This document shows, piece by piece, positions 53,635 through 62,888 of a stretch of DNA of 64,000 nt. Source of the DNA: Lachnospiraceae bacterium (GTDB taxonomy: Bacteria; Bacillota; Clostridia; Lachnospirales; Lachnospiraceae); the NCBI GenBank assembly GCA_024692955.1, contig JAILLW010000044.1:7027-71026 (forward strand), given 5' to 3'. The notes beneath the pieces are model-generated. The model saw nothing but the letters and a program-made list of their open reading frames with translations. It ran no database searches and was not told the origin of the DNA. Every line of letters starts with the position of its first letter. Positions within the stretch are counted from its first letter, which is position 1. A program made the translations under genes and the position numbers.

Positions 53635-55146
53635 TCAGAAGTTTACATACAGATAAGTCTGCACACCGGTCATCGAAAGCACTCCCCAGATCATCAGCAG
53701 GGTCATAAGGAAGGTATTTCCGGCACCGATCCTGCAGGTCTTCGCGTAGTCGTCCGCGGTCTTTTTCCGGAAAACGAGGATCGTCATAAAAAGAAGCAGC
53801 AGTGCCATCGGGACATACTGCCCGAAGGAAAGCCGGTCGATCCTAAGAAGCTTCAGGGCATACCAGAGTTCCGGGATCTGAAAACATTTTGCCAGGTTAT
53901 AATTAAACCGCGGGAACCAGAACTGTCCCATATCCGAGAAAAGATGAAGGGCATCCTTCGCGGAAGGCGCCCGGAAAAAGACCCAGGCCGCGTTCACATA
54001 GAGGAAGGTAAATGCGGTCTTTATGATCGTTCCGGCGCCAGGGAGGCCTTCCTCCTCCGGAAGCTTTCCGCTTCTTTCCGGACTCTTCTCCTTTTTCTTC
54101 GGATTTCCGAATCCGATAAGCCGGAGAAGGGCGAAGGCTATGCCGTGCATCATTCCCCAGATCAGGAAATTCCACCCGCTCCCGTGCCAGAGTCCGCTCA
54201 GGAAAAAGATGATCAGGATATTGAGGATGGTCCTCCCCTTTCCCTTTCTGCTCCCGCCCAGAGGGATATATACATATTTTGTAAAGAAGCCCGTGAGCGT
54301 GATGTGCCAGCGCTTCCAGAAATCGATGATGTTCCGTGCACGGTAGGGGGAGCGGAAATTAAGGGGAAGGGAGAATCCGAAGACCGCCGCCGCGGCGGAG
54401 GCCATGTCGCAGTATCCGGAAAAGTCAAAATAGAGCTGCAGCGTATAGGAAAGCATTACTATGAGCGCTTCTCCGGTATGCAGCGCGTTAAGATTCGTAA
54501 AACCGAAATCCACGGCAGCCCCCAGGGTATCCGCGAGGATCACCTTTTTAAAGAGCCCGAAGGAAAAGAGAAGAAGGCTGCGGTACAGCGTTTCAAAGGA
54601 AAGAGAGCTCCCGCCCTCTTTTTGCGAAAGCATCTCATAAGGCGCCGCGATGGGACCCTGAAGGAGCTTCGGAAAGAAGGTCATATAAAGGAGGTGCTCC
54701 CTGAGGGACAGCGCCTTTATCCCCTCCTTTTCCGGCATCCCTCCTTCGCGGAAGCATTCCGTAAGGAGCATGATCCCGCAGAAGGTGTAAAAGCTGATCC
54801 CGGGAGCCTCTATCTTAAATCCTGATATAATAAACAGACGTCCGAAATACTTAAAAAGGATCAGAATAAGAAGCTCCGTCACAATCCCGGCCGTCAGAAT
54901 GGCGCCGGCCGCTTTCCTGTTGTTTTCGCGGTTTTTCAGGATCCCGGCAGCAAAAAGCCGGTTAAGGAAGAGTTCGAAAAGGAAGACCGCAAGCCCCGTA
55001 AGAGAGACCGATCCGTAAAAGATCAGGGAAGCAAAGATCAGAAACCATAAGGATGCTCCCGTATGTCCCTTCTTCCGGAGTTTCCAATAAATAACGGCCG
55101 TTACCGGCATGAATATGAACAGAAACAGGTAGGAATTAAAAGTCAT
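53635..55146 (-). CDS. MBOAT-family membrane O-acyltransferase (AlgI/DltB/PatA-like)
   Basis: 503 aa. Reads FWKRWHITLTGFFTKYVYIPLGGSRKG...FFLSGLWHG, which contains the conserved MBOAT His. Confidence 0.85.
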   Translation of the reverse strand: MTFNSYLFLFIFMPVTAVIYWKLRKKGHTGASLWFLIFASLIFYGSVSLTGLAVFLFELFLNRLFAAGILKNRENNRKAAGAILTAGIVTELLILILFKYFGRLFIISGFKIEAPGISFYTFCGIMLLTECFREGGMPEKEGIKALSLREHLLYMTFFPKLLQGPIAAPYEMLSQKEGGSSLSFETLYRSLLLFSFGLFKKVILADTLGAAVDFGFTNLNALHTGEALIVMLSYTLQLYFDFSGYCDMASAAAAVFGFSLPLNFRSPYRARNIIDFWKRWHITLTGFFTKYVYIPLGGSRKGKGRTILNILIIFFLSGLWHGSGWNFLIWGMMHGIAFALLRLIGFGNPKKKEKSPERSGKLPEEEGLPGAGTIIKTAFTFLYVNAAWVFFRAPSAKDALHLFSDMGQFWFPRFNYNLAKCFQIPELWYALKLLRIDRLSFGQYVPMALLLLFMTILVFRKKTADDYAKTCRIGAGNTFLMTLLMIWGVLSMTGVQTYLYVNF

Positions 55147-55951
55147 TTTCGTAATACCTGTCGATCTCTTTTATTTTCTCCGTGATCACCGGATCCCGAT
55201 AGATCTTATGATCATCGATGGTCGTAAGATAAATGAGCCCCGCCTCCTCCGGATCCCTGTCCGTAAGCTTCGCGGCATAGAGCAGAATATATTCCACATC
55301 GAATTCCCGCGAAACCTTCAGCAGTTCGTCCACATCGATCACGGGGGCCTTTTCGAAGGCCTCATAGACCGGATGATAATAGTTCAGCGCCGGATTGAAC
55401 ATATCCCGCCCGTAGGGCATAAGGATGTTCGCGTCATACTGACGGATCGAGGTGACCGTCGTGGAGGAGGGAAGCACCGTGATCCGCTTATGGCCGTCGA
55501 TGCTCCTCAAATAATCCACGATCTTAACGGTGGTCTGCGGAAGCCCGTAGATGTTCTCCGACGGGTAAAGGACCGGCGAAGATCCGATAAAGCGGCCGGA
55601 AAGAACGATCAGGGCGACCGATATAATAACAACTGCTATTTTAAGTTTCGCCCCTCCCTCTCCGGCAAGCTTCGCCATGGCGTAGGCGGCAAGGATCCCG
55701 AAGGGAATGATCCAGAGGATCCGGTAATAGATCGAGGTGTCGAGTCCGGCCTTTCCGTAGGCATAAAGCGTCAGCGGACAGAGAAACAAAAGCCCCGCAG
55801 CCACCGGGAAGGCCAGGAAAAGAAGCCGCTTTGCCGGGTCCTTTTCCATCCGGAAAAGGACGAGAAAGGCCGCCGCGGAGAGCCCGAAAAAGGGCTTCAT
55901 CCCCGAATAGGCTTTCAGCGCTTTTAAAATGTCGATCATCAGTTCCTTCAT
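55136..55951 (-). CDS. Membrane protein of unknown function (3-4 N-terminal helices plus a soluble C-terminal domain)
   Basis: 271-aa ORF, co-directional and overlapping the MBOAT gene by 11 nt. Confidence 0.55.
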   Translation of the reverse strand: MKELMIDILKALKAYSGMKPFFGLSAAAFLVLFRMEKDPAKRLLFLAFPVAAGLLFLCPLTLYAYGKAGLDTSIYYRILWIIPFGILAAYAMAKLAGEGGAKLKIAVVIISVALIVLSGRFIGSSPVLYPSENIYGLPQTTVKIVDYLRSIDGHKRITVLPSSTTVTSIRQYDANILMPYGRDMFNPALNYYHPVYEAFEKAPVIDVDELLKVSREFDVEYILLYAAKLTDRDPEEAGLIYLTTIDDHKIYRDPVITEKIKEIDRYYENDF

Positions 55952-55963
55952 ATCATTTCCGGT

Positions 55964-57109
55964 TCAGTTCACAAGGTAGATCATCACATAAAGGAGTCCG
56001 GGCACGCAGCTTGAAAGGAAGATCATAAACTCCCGGATCCTTTTCCTCCATATCGCAAAGAGGGCTCCCGCGATCATGACGGCCATCATGGAAAGAAGTA
56101 CCGCCAGGGAGCTTGCCGCTCCGGAAGCCAGCACAAGGAGCGAAAGAAAGACATGTCCGGCCGCTTTTTTCTCCGATGCCTCCCGGTTCCGGTACAGCCA
56201 GAGGAATATCCACAGGATCGCGGGAAAAATGAAATTCCCCGCGAAGGACTTGCCCTGCCAGGTCCTGGTATAGAAGAATGTCTCCGACGTATAGAGGGAC
56301 ACATGTCCGAAGAGCCGCCAGAGGTTCATAAAAAGCAGGAAGAGGAGCCTCTGTTCCCGGTTTTCCGGAAAAAGCAGAAGCGAGATCTCATAAAGGAGCA
56401 TATAGGAAAGAGGGATCAGGATGAGCGGCACGACCCTGTGGGCGATGATCACGGAATGGATCCCGGAAACGGTGGAGATCACAGCCTCCCATATGGGAAA
56501 GAGCGCCATCCCGTGCCGCATGTCCACCGGCACGGTACGTCCGGTACCCGCATCGATCCGATAAAGCGTTCCGAATTCCTGGGCGGAAAGCGCCTGGGCA
56601 TTGTAATAAAAGTCATCCACATCATTGGAGGAAAAATAAAAGCTCATGAAAAGCTGAAAGCCGATGAGGAGCAGAAGCAGAAGAAGCAGGAGCTTCTCAC
56701 CGCCGGAAAACTTCAAAAATGCGGCCTTCCCCCTTGCGGGGAGCTTTTTCGGAAGAAGTCCCGAGAACCCGAAGGACGGATCTTTCGCGGAAAGCCCCGC
56801 ACTCCTTTCATGCCCCGCCTCCGAAAAGGCACCGAGGATCCCGGCCGCTCCCGCCGCAAAGGCCGCCGTCCCGAAGAAGAGGGCCAGGATCGTGTACCCG
56901 TCATAGACAAAGGTGAGCACACAGGGGATCCCCGTGACTTCAAGCAGTGAGAATACGAGGACATAGCCCAGGATCATCACCGCGGAAGGTCTGAAAAGAT
57001 CCTTCACCGATGCTTCCTTCTTCCGGAAAAGGAAGAGCAGAAACAGTCCCGCGCCGTAGGGCAGGACAAGAAGCATCAGGATGAGCAGTACCACCTTAAG
57101 AATGATCAT
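55964..57109 (-). CDS. Polytopic membrane protein of unknown function (possible GT-C/polymerase-like)
   Basis: 381 aa with at least 9 hydrophobic helices. I recognise no soluble domain or motif. Confidence 0.55.
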   Translation of the reverse strand: MIILKVVLLILMLLVLPYGAGLFLLFLFRKKEASVKDLFRPSAVMILGYVLVFSLLEVTGIPCVLTFVYDGYTILALFFGTAAFAAGAAGILGAFSEAGHERSAGLSAKDPSFGFSGLLPKKLPARGKAAFLKFSGGEKLLLLLLLLLIGFQLFMSFYFSSNDVDDFYYNAQALSAQEFGTLYRIDAGTGRTVPVDMRHGMALFPIWEAVISTVSGIHSVIIAHRVVPLILIPLSYMLLYEISLLLFPENREQRLLFLLFMNLWRLFGHVSLYTSETFFYTRTWQGKSFAGNFIFPAILWIFLWLYRNREASEKKAAGHVFLSLLVLASGAASSLAVLLSMMAVMIAGALFAIWRKRIREFMIFLSSCVPGLLYVMIYLVN

Positions 57110-57154
57110 GTTAAAGAGTATAACACAGACCGTTAAAAAATAACACCCATAATT

Positions 57155-58129
57155 TTAATATCCGATCTCCTTCAGGATCATGTCGAGAACGGCGGCATCC
57201 CGGATGGAAAAGTCGGACGTAACATACGGCTTTTCGCCGTCTTCGATGCAGCGCCCGAGCTGTTCGACCTCAAGGGAGTAATTCTGTCTTGCGCTCACCC
57301 TGCGTACGGTCGCCCCCTCGTCCGTCACGACCGTATAGGAGAGTTCTCCCGCCTGATTGTACTCAACGTCGGAGCGGATATAGCCCTTCGTTCCGTGAAC
57401 GTAGAGCCGGTCCATTCTTCCGTAATGCCCCTGATCAAAGATCATCCCCACCTCAAAGGAGGCTCTTTTTCCTCCGGGGAATTTCAGAAGCGCCGAGGTA
57501 AAAAGATCCACATCAAGTTCACTGAATTCCGCCTTCGCGATGACCTTTTCCGGCATCATGTCATAAAGAGAAAGGATCATGGAGGTACAGTAGCAGCCGA
57601 GGTCATACACGGCTCCGCCGCCCATTTCCTTATGAAGGCGGATATCATCCCTTACATATCCCTGACCGACAAATGCCGTGCCGATATAATCCACCTCTCC
57701 GATGATCCCGCTTTGGATCTCTTTCTTCAGGGAGGGAACATAAGGGCTGTGAAGATAGGCGAAGGCCTCCATCAGATGCACGCCGTTTTTCTTCGCGGCA
57801 TCGAACATTTCCCTCGCGTCCTCTTCGTTGAGGGCAAGAGGCTTTTCGCAAAGAACGTTTTTCCCGGCCGCTAAGGCCTTAAGCACCCACTCCTTATGAA
57901 GATGGTTCGGAAGGGGAATGTATACGGCCTGAACCTCCGGATCTTCGAGAAGCTTTTCATAGCCCGTATAGTACTTTTCAAAGCCGAACTCATCCCGGAA
58001 GCTTTTCGCCTTTTCCTCACTTCTTCCGGCCACCGCGTAAAGTACGCAGTTGTCCGCAAGCTTCATCCCGGGGATCGTGCATCCCCTCGCGATTCCCGCA
58101 GTTCCCAAAACACCCCATTTAACCGACAT
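57155..58129 (-). CDS. Gfo/Idh/MocA-family oxidoreductase
   Basis: I chose the start at MSVKWGVLGTAGIARG (Rossmann). The motif NVLCEKPL is present. The 41-codon upstream extension in the track overlaps the AT3 gene and is unlikely to be translated. Confidence 0.8.
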   Translation of the reverse strand: MSVKWGVLGTAGIARGCTIPGMKLADNCVLYAVAGRSEEKAKSFRDEFGFEKYYTGYEKLLEDPEVQAVYIPLPNHLHKEWVLKALAAGKNVLCEKPLALNEEDAREMFDAAKKNGVHLMEAFAYLHSPYVPSLKKEIQSGIIGEVDYIGTAFVGQGYVRDDIRLHKEMGGGAVYDLGCYCTSMILSLYDMMPEKVIAKAEFSELDVDLFTSALLKFPGGKRASFEVGMIFDQGHYGRMDRLYVHGTKGYIRSDVEYNQAGELSYTVVTDEGATVRRVSARQNYSLEVEQLGRCIEDGEKPYVTSDFSIRDAAVLDMILKEIGY

Positions 58130-60716
58130 AAGTCTCTCCTTTCCCGCGCTTTTTAAAAGCCGTAAACACAGCCGCCGCCCCGGAGGGAACCGCAAGGCAG
58201 AAGAAAAGATCGATCCACTTTGTAAACTGCTCTCCCGCGAAGGGCGCGACATAATTAAGATCCGTCATATATTTTCCCCTGTCGAAGCCGGGGCAGAAGC
58301 CCGTTTTCAGAAACAGGAAAAAGATCAGTGAGTTGATTAGAAAGAGCACGAAGATATGGTGCGTCATTACGGAAAAGGAATGCCTCCCCGTCGTAAGGAC
58401 TCCTTCAAGGATCCCGCGGAGCGCCCCGGCGGCGAAATGAACACCCGGTGTATGCTCATCTTCCTCCTCCCGGATCCTCTTTACATATTCAAAAGCCTTC
58501 TCCATGAGAACGGCCACCTCCAGCCAGAAGGCGATCCCCGTGATTACGGTAAGGAACGGGATCACGGGCCCGTTGGCAAAGCTCGTTACCCAGACCGTAC
58601 TGAAGGCAAGGCCGGCGCAGAAATGCCGGATGACAAGCTGGATAAGAAGTACCGCGGCAGAAAAGATCACATGGAAAAGGATCCCGTCCCTGCGGTATCT
58701 TTCCAGTTTCCTCCGGTAGATCCTTCCGAAGGAGATGCCGGGAAGCATGATAAGGATCCGTCCGATATCCCTGTAATACCCCCAGACATGCCCCCCGATC
58801 GCAAGAAATACCGTAAGGATGCCGAGGGCAAGGGTGAACACGAGCATCAGATAGTCAATAACAGTTGTTATCCTTTCTTCGGTGCCGGATCCCGAAGCCT
58901 CTTTCTTACCGGTTCCATCCGCGGCTTTCCTGCGGAAAAGCGGAGCGATCAGAAAACCCAGACAGGTCTCACCCAGCGCGTAGGCCATCTCGGTAAGGAA
59001 GAGGGCCGGCACGAACCAGGCGGGAAAATTGAACATGAACTGATGCCCTCCGAGGAAGGGCGCCGCGAAAAGATTAAAGAAGGAAAGCTTTCCGCCGGCG
59101 GTGATCCCCTGCGCGTTCATGACCGTGGAGAAGATCCCGTAAAAAAGATTCCATAAGAAATAGGGAAGAAGGAGCTTTTCCGCCTTGCGGCAAAGGAAGG
59201 AGGACGGCTTTTCCTTTCCCCTTCCGCGGTAAAAGTATCCGGCGATAAAGAGGAAGATATAGACGTGGAACGAATAATAGGGAAAGAGACCGCCCGCGTC
59301 AAAGGCATTCAGGTTAAGATGTCCCGCCACGATGAAGATGATCCCGATCGCGGATAAAAAGCGCATGGTAAGGTTTTCCCTCCGGATGCTTCCGGATATG
59401 CCCTCCGATGGAGCCTTTGCCGCTTCCGGACGGCCTCCCGCCCCCGGATTCCCGCCTTTTTGCCCCGTATTCTTCTTTCCGGTAAGGAAGGGCGCATACC
59501 GCTTTATGAGGAAGATCACGGGCACCTCGAGAAGGAGCGTGATAAGGAGGATGTTAAAAAGGAACACATAGCTCTTTGCTCTCGTCACAAAGCGGTCGAT
59601 CTGCCACGCGCCGAGTATCCCTGCGTAGAGAAGGTAGAAATTCAGATGGGTGCAGAGGATGATCAGCGAGTTTCTTCCGAAGAAGAGAAGAGGGCGAAAC
59701 AGGGGTTTCCCGTATGCCGGACAGATCCCTTTGCATAAGAGGATCAGTCCGAAGGTACCCGTCATCGAGGATATCAGAAAAAGAAGCGGATTTCCGAAAT
59801 AAAGGCGGTTGAAATCGATGGCCCCGTTTTTAAGGGAGACCGGTATCGTAAGAAGAAGAAGCACGATGCCGGAGCCCGCCGCAATGAGCCGGCTCCTCGC
59901 AGATCTCCTTCCGGAGCGATTCCCGTTGCCGTCCGCTTCGCCGTCCCCGCCGCCGTGCGGATAAGCCCCCCTCTCTGTGAGGCGATCAACCGCCCCCGCC
60001 GCGAAATATCCCGCGGCAAGGAAGAAGGCCGAAAGCAGGTTTCTCGATACAAGAAGGAAAAGGACCGAAAGCGCATAAGGAAGAAGCACGCCTGCCCCGT
60101 CACCCGGAAGAAGTCTTGTGCCGATCAGGGTCTCTCTTCCGAAGCGGTTGAAAAGAAGCACTGCCGCCGCTGCCGCGATAAAAGTAACCGGAAGTACGAA
60201 AAGGCACGGTCTTGATCCCTTTTCTCCTTCCCCGGAAGTCGCTTCCCCTGAGGAATCTTTTGCGGAGCGCCGAAAAACTGAAAGGAGGAGGAAAAAGATC
60301 ACCTCTCCGAAAAAGAGAGCCGGAAGGAACCAGAGGGCGCCTCCCGCGTTAAAAAGCAGAACATCGATAAGATCGGGGAAAAATACCTTTTTTTCGACGG
60401 TCCCGCAAAGGAGCCGGACGATCTCCTCAATCAGAAGGATCGCGGAAAACCAGGCATAGGGAACAAGCAGAGCCCCCGCCTTTTTCCGGATGAGCGCCCC
60501 CGGCGAAGATGCGCCCTCAGCCTCCTTCCGGATGCGCGAAAGCATCCCCGAGAGGATGAAGAATACACTCATATAGAAAGAAGTCGTAAAGGCGGACATC
60601 CTCTCCCCGGAAAAGTCCGAATGCACCATAAGGACGAGGATCATTCCGATCCCCCTTGCAAGGTCCATATAGTTAAGGCGTTTCACCCCGGTCTTAATAT
60701 CCGTTCCTTCGCTCAT
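58119..60716 (-). CDS. Tandem fusion of two acyltransferase-3 (OafA/OatA-type) membrane domains
   Basis: 865 aa. Module 1 starts RLNYMDLARGIGMILVLMVHS. Module 2 starts near aa 445 with RFLSAIGIIFIVAGHLN. Each is followed by about 9-10 hydrophobic helices. A Gly/Pro/Lys-rich linker joins them. Confidence 0.7.
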   Translation of the reverse strand: MSEGTDIKTGVKRLNYMDLARGIGMILVLMVHSDFSGERMSAFTTSFYMSVFFILSGMLSRIRKEAEGASSPGALIRKKAGALLVPYAWFSAILLIEEIVRLLCGTVEKKVFFPDLIDVLLFNAGGALWFLPALFFGEVIFFLLLSVFRRSAKDSSGEATSGEGEKGSRPCLFVLPVTFIAAAAAVLLFNRFGRETLIGTRLLPGDGAGVLLPYALSVLFLLVSRNLLSAFFLAAGYFAAGAVDRLTERGAYPHGGGDGEADGNGNRSGRRSARSRLIAAGSGIVLLLLTIPVSLKNGAIDFNRLYFGNPLLFLISSMTGTFGLILLCKGICPAYGKPLFRPLLFFGRNSLIILCTHLNFYLLYAGILGAWQIDRFVTRAKSYVFLFNILLITLLLEVPVIFLIKRYAPFLTGKKNTGQKGGNPGAGGRPEAAKAPSEGISGSIRRENLTMRFLSAIGIIFIVAGHLNLNAFDAGGLFPYYSFHVYIFLFIAGYFYRGRGKEKPSSFLCRKAEKLLLPYFLWNLFYGIFSTVMNAQGITAGGKLSFFNLFAAPFLGGHQFMFNFPAWFVPALFLTEMAYALGETCLGFLIAPLFRRKAADGTGKKEASGSGTEERITTVIDYLMLVFTLALGILTVFLAIGGHVWGYYRDIGRILIMLPGISFGRIYRRKLERYRRDGILFHVIFSAAVLLIQLVIRHFCAGLAFSTVWVTSFANGPVIPFLTVITGIAFWLEVAVLMEKAFEYVKRIREEEDEHTPGVHFAAGALRGILEGVLTTGRHSFSVMTHHIFVLFLINSLIFFLFLKTGFCPGFDRGKYMTDLNYVAPFAGEQFTKWIDLFFCLAVPSGAAAVFTAFKKRGKGETYVG

Positions 60717-60755
60717 TTTCCGAAGCTTTCGATGCTTTCCTTTCTTCGGATGCTC

Positions 60756-62453
60756 TTATTCTCTCTTAAGGAAGACCTCATAGGAACCGGCCGTTCCGAG
60801 AAGCTCATATCGGTCCCCGATCGTTTCATAGTCAAGATCCGCCCTGCCGTAAAGCACGGGCCAGCCGGGCGCGGCTTCGCCATCGTCTGCCTGAAGGTCA
60901 TTTCCCGCTCCCGGATCCGGCATGGAAAGTTCCTCCGGAAGAAGCATAAGCTTCGCCTCTCCGGGCACTTTTTCTTCCGGCTCTTCTCCATGGTAGAATT
61001 TTATCACATACTTCTGGTAATCGTCCGTATAAAAAATGCTGTCGATCCTGTCATATTTTGCGTAATACAGCTGAAGTGCTTCTTCGACCCCGTTTTCCCT
61101 GCCGGCAAGCGGCGCGCGGTAAGCGGGGGTCAGAACAACGAGCACGGAAGCCAGGACCACAAGCGGCATAAGCCACTTTCGAAACCGATACCAGTGGGGT
61201 GTCCCATCCGTCTCCGATCCTTTCGTTTTTTCTTTCAGGTTTCCGATATCGGAGCCGGCTTTACCGCTCCTTTTTTTCCTGGAAAACCCGGCGATGCGTA
61301 AAACCACATAAACCGCCGCCAGCGCCGCCGGTGCGCCGAACCAGGAAGAGACCCGAAGATAGGGATGCACACTCTGAATGAGAAACAGGATCGGAAGAAG
61401 CGGGATCGTACAGAGGAAATAACAGCCCGCAATGTCCCGCCGGTCCTTAAAGAAGGCAAATCCTCCGAGGATCAGGGCCGCAAGCAGGATCAGGATGACC
61501 ACGATTCCTCCGTGAGGATAGAACTGATCAAAGAGGCCCTTTAGATAGGCAGGCATTCCGGTGAATGCTTCCTTCCGGTCGATGCTCTGGATATAAGGCG
61601 TTGCGAGCATATATTCCGCTCCGCGGCGAAGCGCCGCAAAGGGTGCCGCCTTAATGATCGAAAGCTGATAGATCCCGGTAAAGCCCGAGCCTTCTTCTTT
61701 GCTTAAGAGGTTCGATCCGATCGCAAGCCAGACCGTTCCGTAAAGGATGAGCGTAAAGATCGCGCCGGTCGCCGCGGAAAGGATCAGCTTCCGAAGCTTT
61801 TTGAATTCCAGGTTACAAAGGAGGAAGATCCCTCCAAACACACAGACGGAAACCACCCAGTAGGTCGAGCTCATGACCGTATAAAGACCGAGCGGAAGGG
61901 ATATGGCAAAGAGGATATAGGGGGTGTGCTTTCGGAAACCGCTCCGGTTTTTTTTCGTGGCGCCTTCAATGAGGCCGCGATCATCCTCCTGCTTTTTGAT
62001 GATCGTGAGCAGGCTTAAAAGCGCGGTCAGATAGCAGGTTGTCGCAAGGGTATAGCCCCGCCCCTGAACGGACAGGCCGTGCACGAGAAAGTTTGCAGCA
62101 CAGAGAGCGGCGCAGATGCTCCCCGCCCCGCTTATCAGTCGGTCCGAGATCTTCGCGATCAGGATGAGATTTGCCACCGCGCACAGGAAAGAAACTCCGC
62201 GCAACGCGATCGTCGGATTACCGAGATAATTCAAAAATCCGGAGAGCGCCGAATAACCGAGATGATTGTTCGGAAGCGGCCAGTGGATCGCGGCATAAAC
62301 GGGGCCTTTGCTGATAAAGGAATAGTAGGTATAGAGCTCGTCATACCAGGGATGATTCCGAAACATCCGCACCGCGTAGATGACCGTGAACGCGGTAATG
62401 AGAATGCAAAGAGCGGGGTCTTTTCTGATCATGGCTCGTATACGCTTAATCAA
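60756..62453 (-). CDS. GT-C-fold (ArnT/PMT-like, GT39/GT83-type) membrane glycosyltransferase
   Basis: More than 10 hydrophobic helices. A D-E pair sits in the first predicted outer loop (NHPWYDELYTYY). The ~170-aa C-terminal domain is soluble. The start is uncertain: TTG at 62453 lies 9 nt after AAGGAG, ATG at 62432 is an alternative, and the track ORF starts at 62501. Confidence 0.55.
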   Translation of the reverse strand: MIKRIRAMIRKDPALCILITAFTVIYAVRMFRNHPWYDELYTYYSFISKGPVYAAIHWPLPNNHLGYSALSGFLNYLGNPTIALRGVSFLCAVANLILIAKISDRLISGAGSICAALCAANFLVHGLSVQGRGYTLATTCYLTALLSLLTIIKKQEDDRGLIEGATKKNRSGFRKHTPYILFAISLPLGLYTVMSSTYWVVSVCVFGGIFLLCNLEFKKLRKLILSAATGAIFTLILYGTVWLAIGSNLLSKEEGSGFTGIYQLSIIKAAPFAALRRGAEYMLATPYIQSIDRKEAFTGMPAYLKGLFDQFYPHGGIVVILILLAALILGGFAFFKDRRDIAGCYFLCTIPLLPILFLIQSVHPYLRVSSWFGAPAALAAVYVVLRIAGFSRKKRSGKAGSDIGNLKEKTKGSETDGTPHWYRFRKWLMPLVVLASVLVVLTPAYRAPLAGRENGVEEALQLYYAKYDRIDSIFYTDDYQKYVIKFYHGEEPEEKVPGEAKLMLLPEELSMPDPGAGNDLQADDGEAAPGWPVLYGRADLDYETIGDRYELLGTAGSYEVFLKRE

Positions 62454-62487
62454 ATCTCCCCGCTCCTTTGAACATGTACTTATTTTA

Positions 62488-62538
62488 TTTAAAGATAGCA
62501 CAGATTACGTGGTTTTACAATGAAGGGGGATTTACTCA
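62488..62538 (-). repeat. Direct repeat copy 1 (~50 bp), containing candidate promoter TTGTAA-17-(TGc)TATCTT
   Basis: TTTAAAGATAGCACAGATTACGTGGTTTTACAATGAAGGGGGATTTACTCA aligns at about 80% identity with 63929-63978. On the minus strand the -35 is at 62520-62515 and the -10 at 62497-62492. Confidence 0.6.
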
Positions 62539-62888
62539 CGCTCCGATCCGCAGCTTCGCGAGGAATTCTCCGAGACCCTTCGGCAGGATCTTGAATTTCG
62601 CGGTCTTCGAGCCGACGGCGGCGCCGCCTTTTCCGGTAACGAAGATGACCGCTCTGCCCGTCTTCACATTGTTGGCATAGGATACGCTGTAGTAGGAAGG
62701 ATCAACGAGAACCCACTTCTTCTTTGCGCTGCCGGAGTCGCGATCTTTGATGTACCAAGGCAGGTATTGTCCTGATTCTTTGCATCTTCCTCATCAGCAA
62801 AAACGGAACATTCCACCCCCGCAAACCCGCTCAGCGCCATAATGATACTGAGTATCACGCATATGCTCTTCCTGAATCCTGCTGTCAT
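62536..62888 (-). pseudogene. Frameshifted small secreted protein gene (signal peptide plus Ig-like-repeat-type segment)
   Basis: The track ORF 62664..62888 encodes a signal peptide (MTAGFRKSICVILSIIMALSGFAGVECSVFA). A second frame, open from about 62795, reads ...YLPWYIKDRDSGSAKKKWVLVDPSYYSVSYANNVKTGRAVIFVTGKGGAAVGSKTAKFKILPKGL... to the TGA at 62536. This is either a frameshift or a sequencing error near 62760-62795. Confidence 0.4.

Noticed and set aside
55136-57109. The two adjacent membrane-protein ORFs as one gene split by a frameshift.
   Set aside because: They are separated by a 12-nt gap with a clean stop and a new ATG. Each has a sensible hydrophobic N-terminus. I cannot show homology across the junction, so I kept them as two genes.
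58130-58252. N-terminal extension of the track ORF for the oxidoreductase. The same applies to the phospho-sugar mutase (40310-40411) and fliW (18963-19058).
   Set aside because: In each case an internal Met gives the canonical family N-terminus (MSVKWGVLGTAG, MNYRENYEHW, MTVTTKNFGEITI). Each internal Met has an RBS or stop/start coupling. The extensions overlap the upstream gene or intergenic signals.
62664-62888. 74-aa ORF as an independent small gene.
   Set aside because: It consists of a signal peptide followed by out-of-frame-looking sequence. A better reading continues in another frame to 62536, so I report it as the 5' part of a frameshifted gene.
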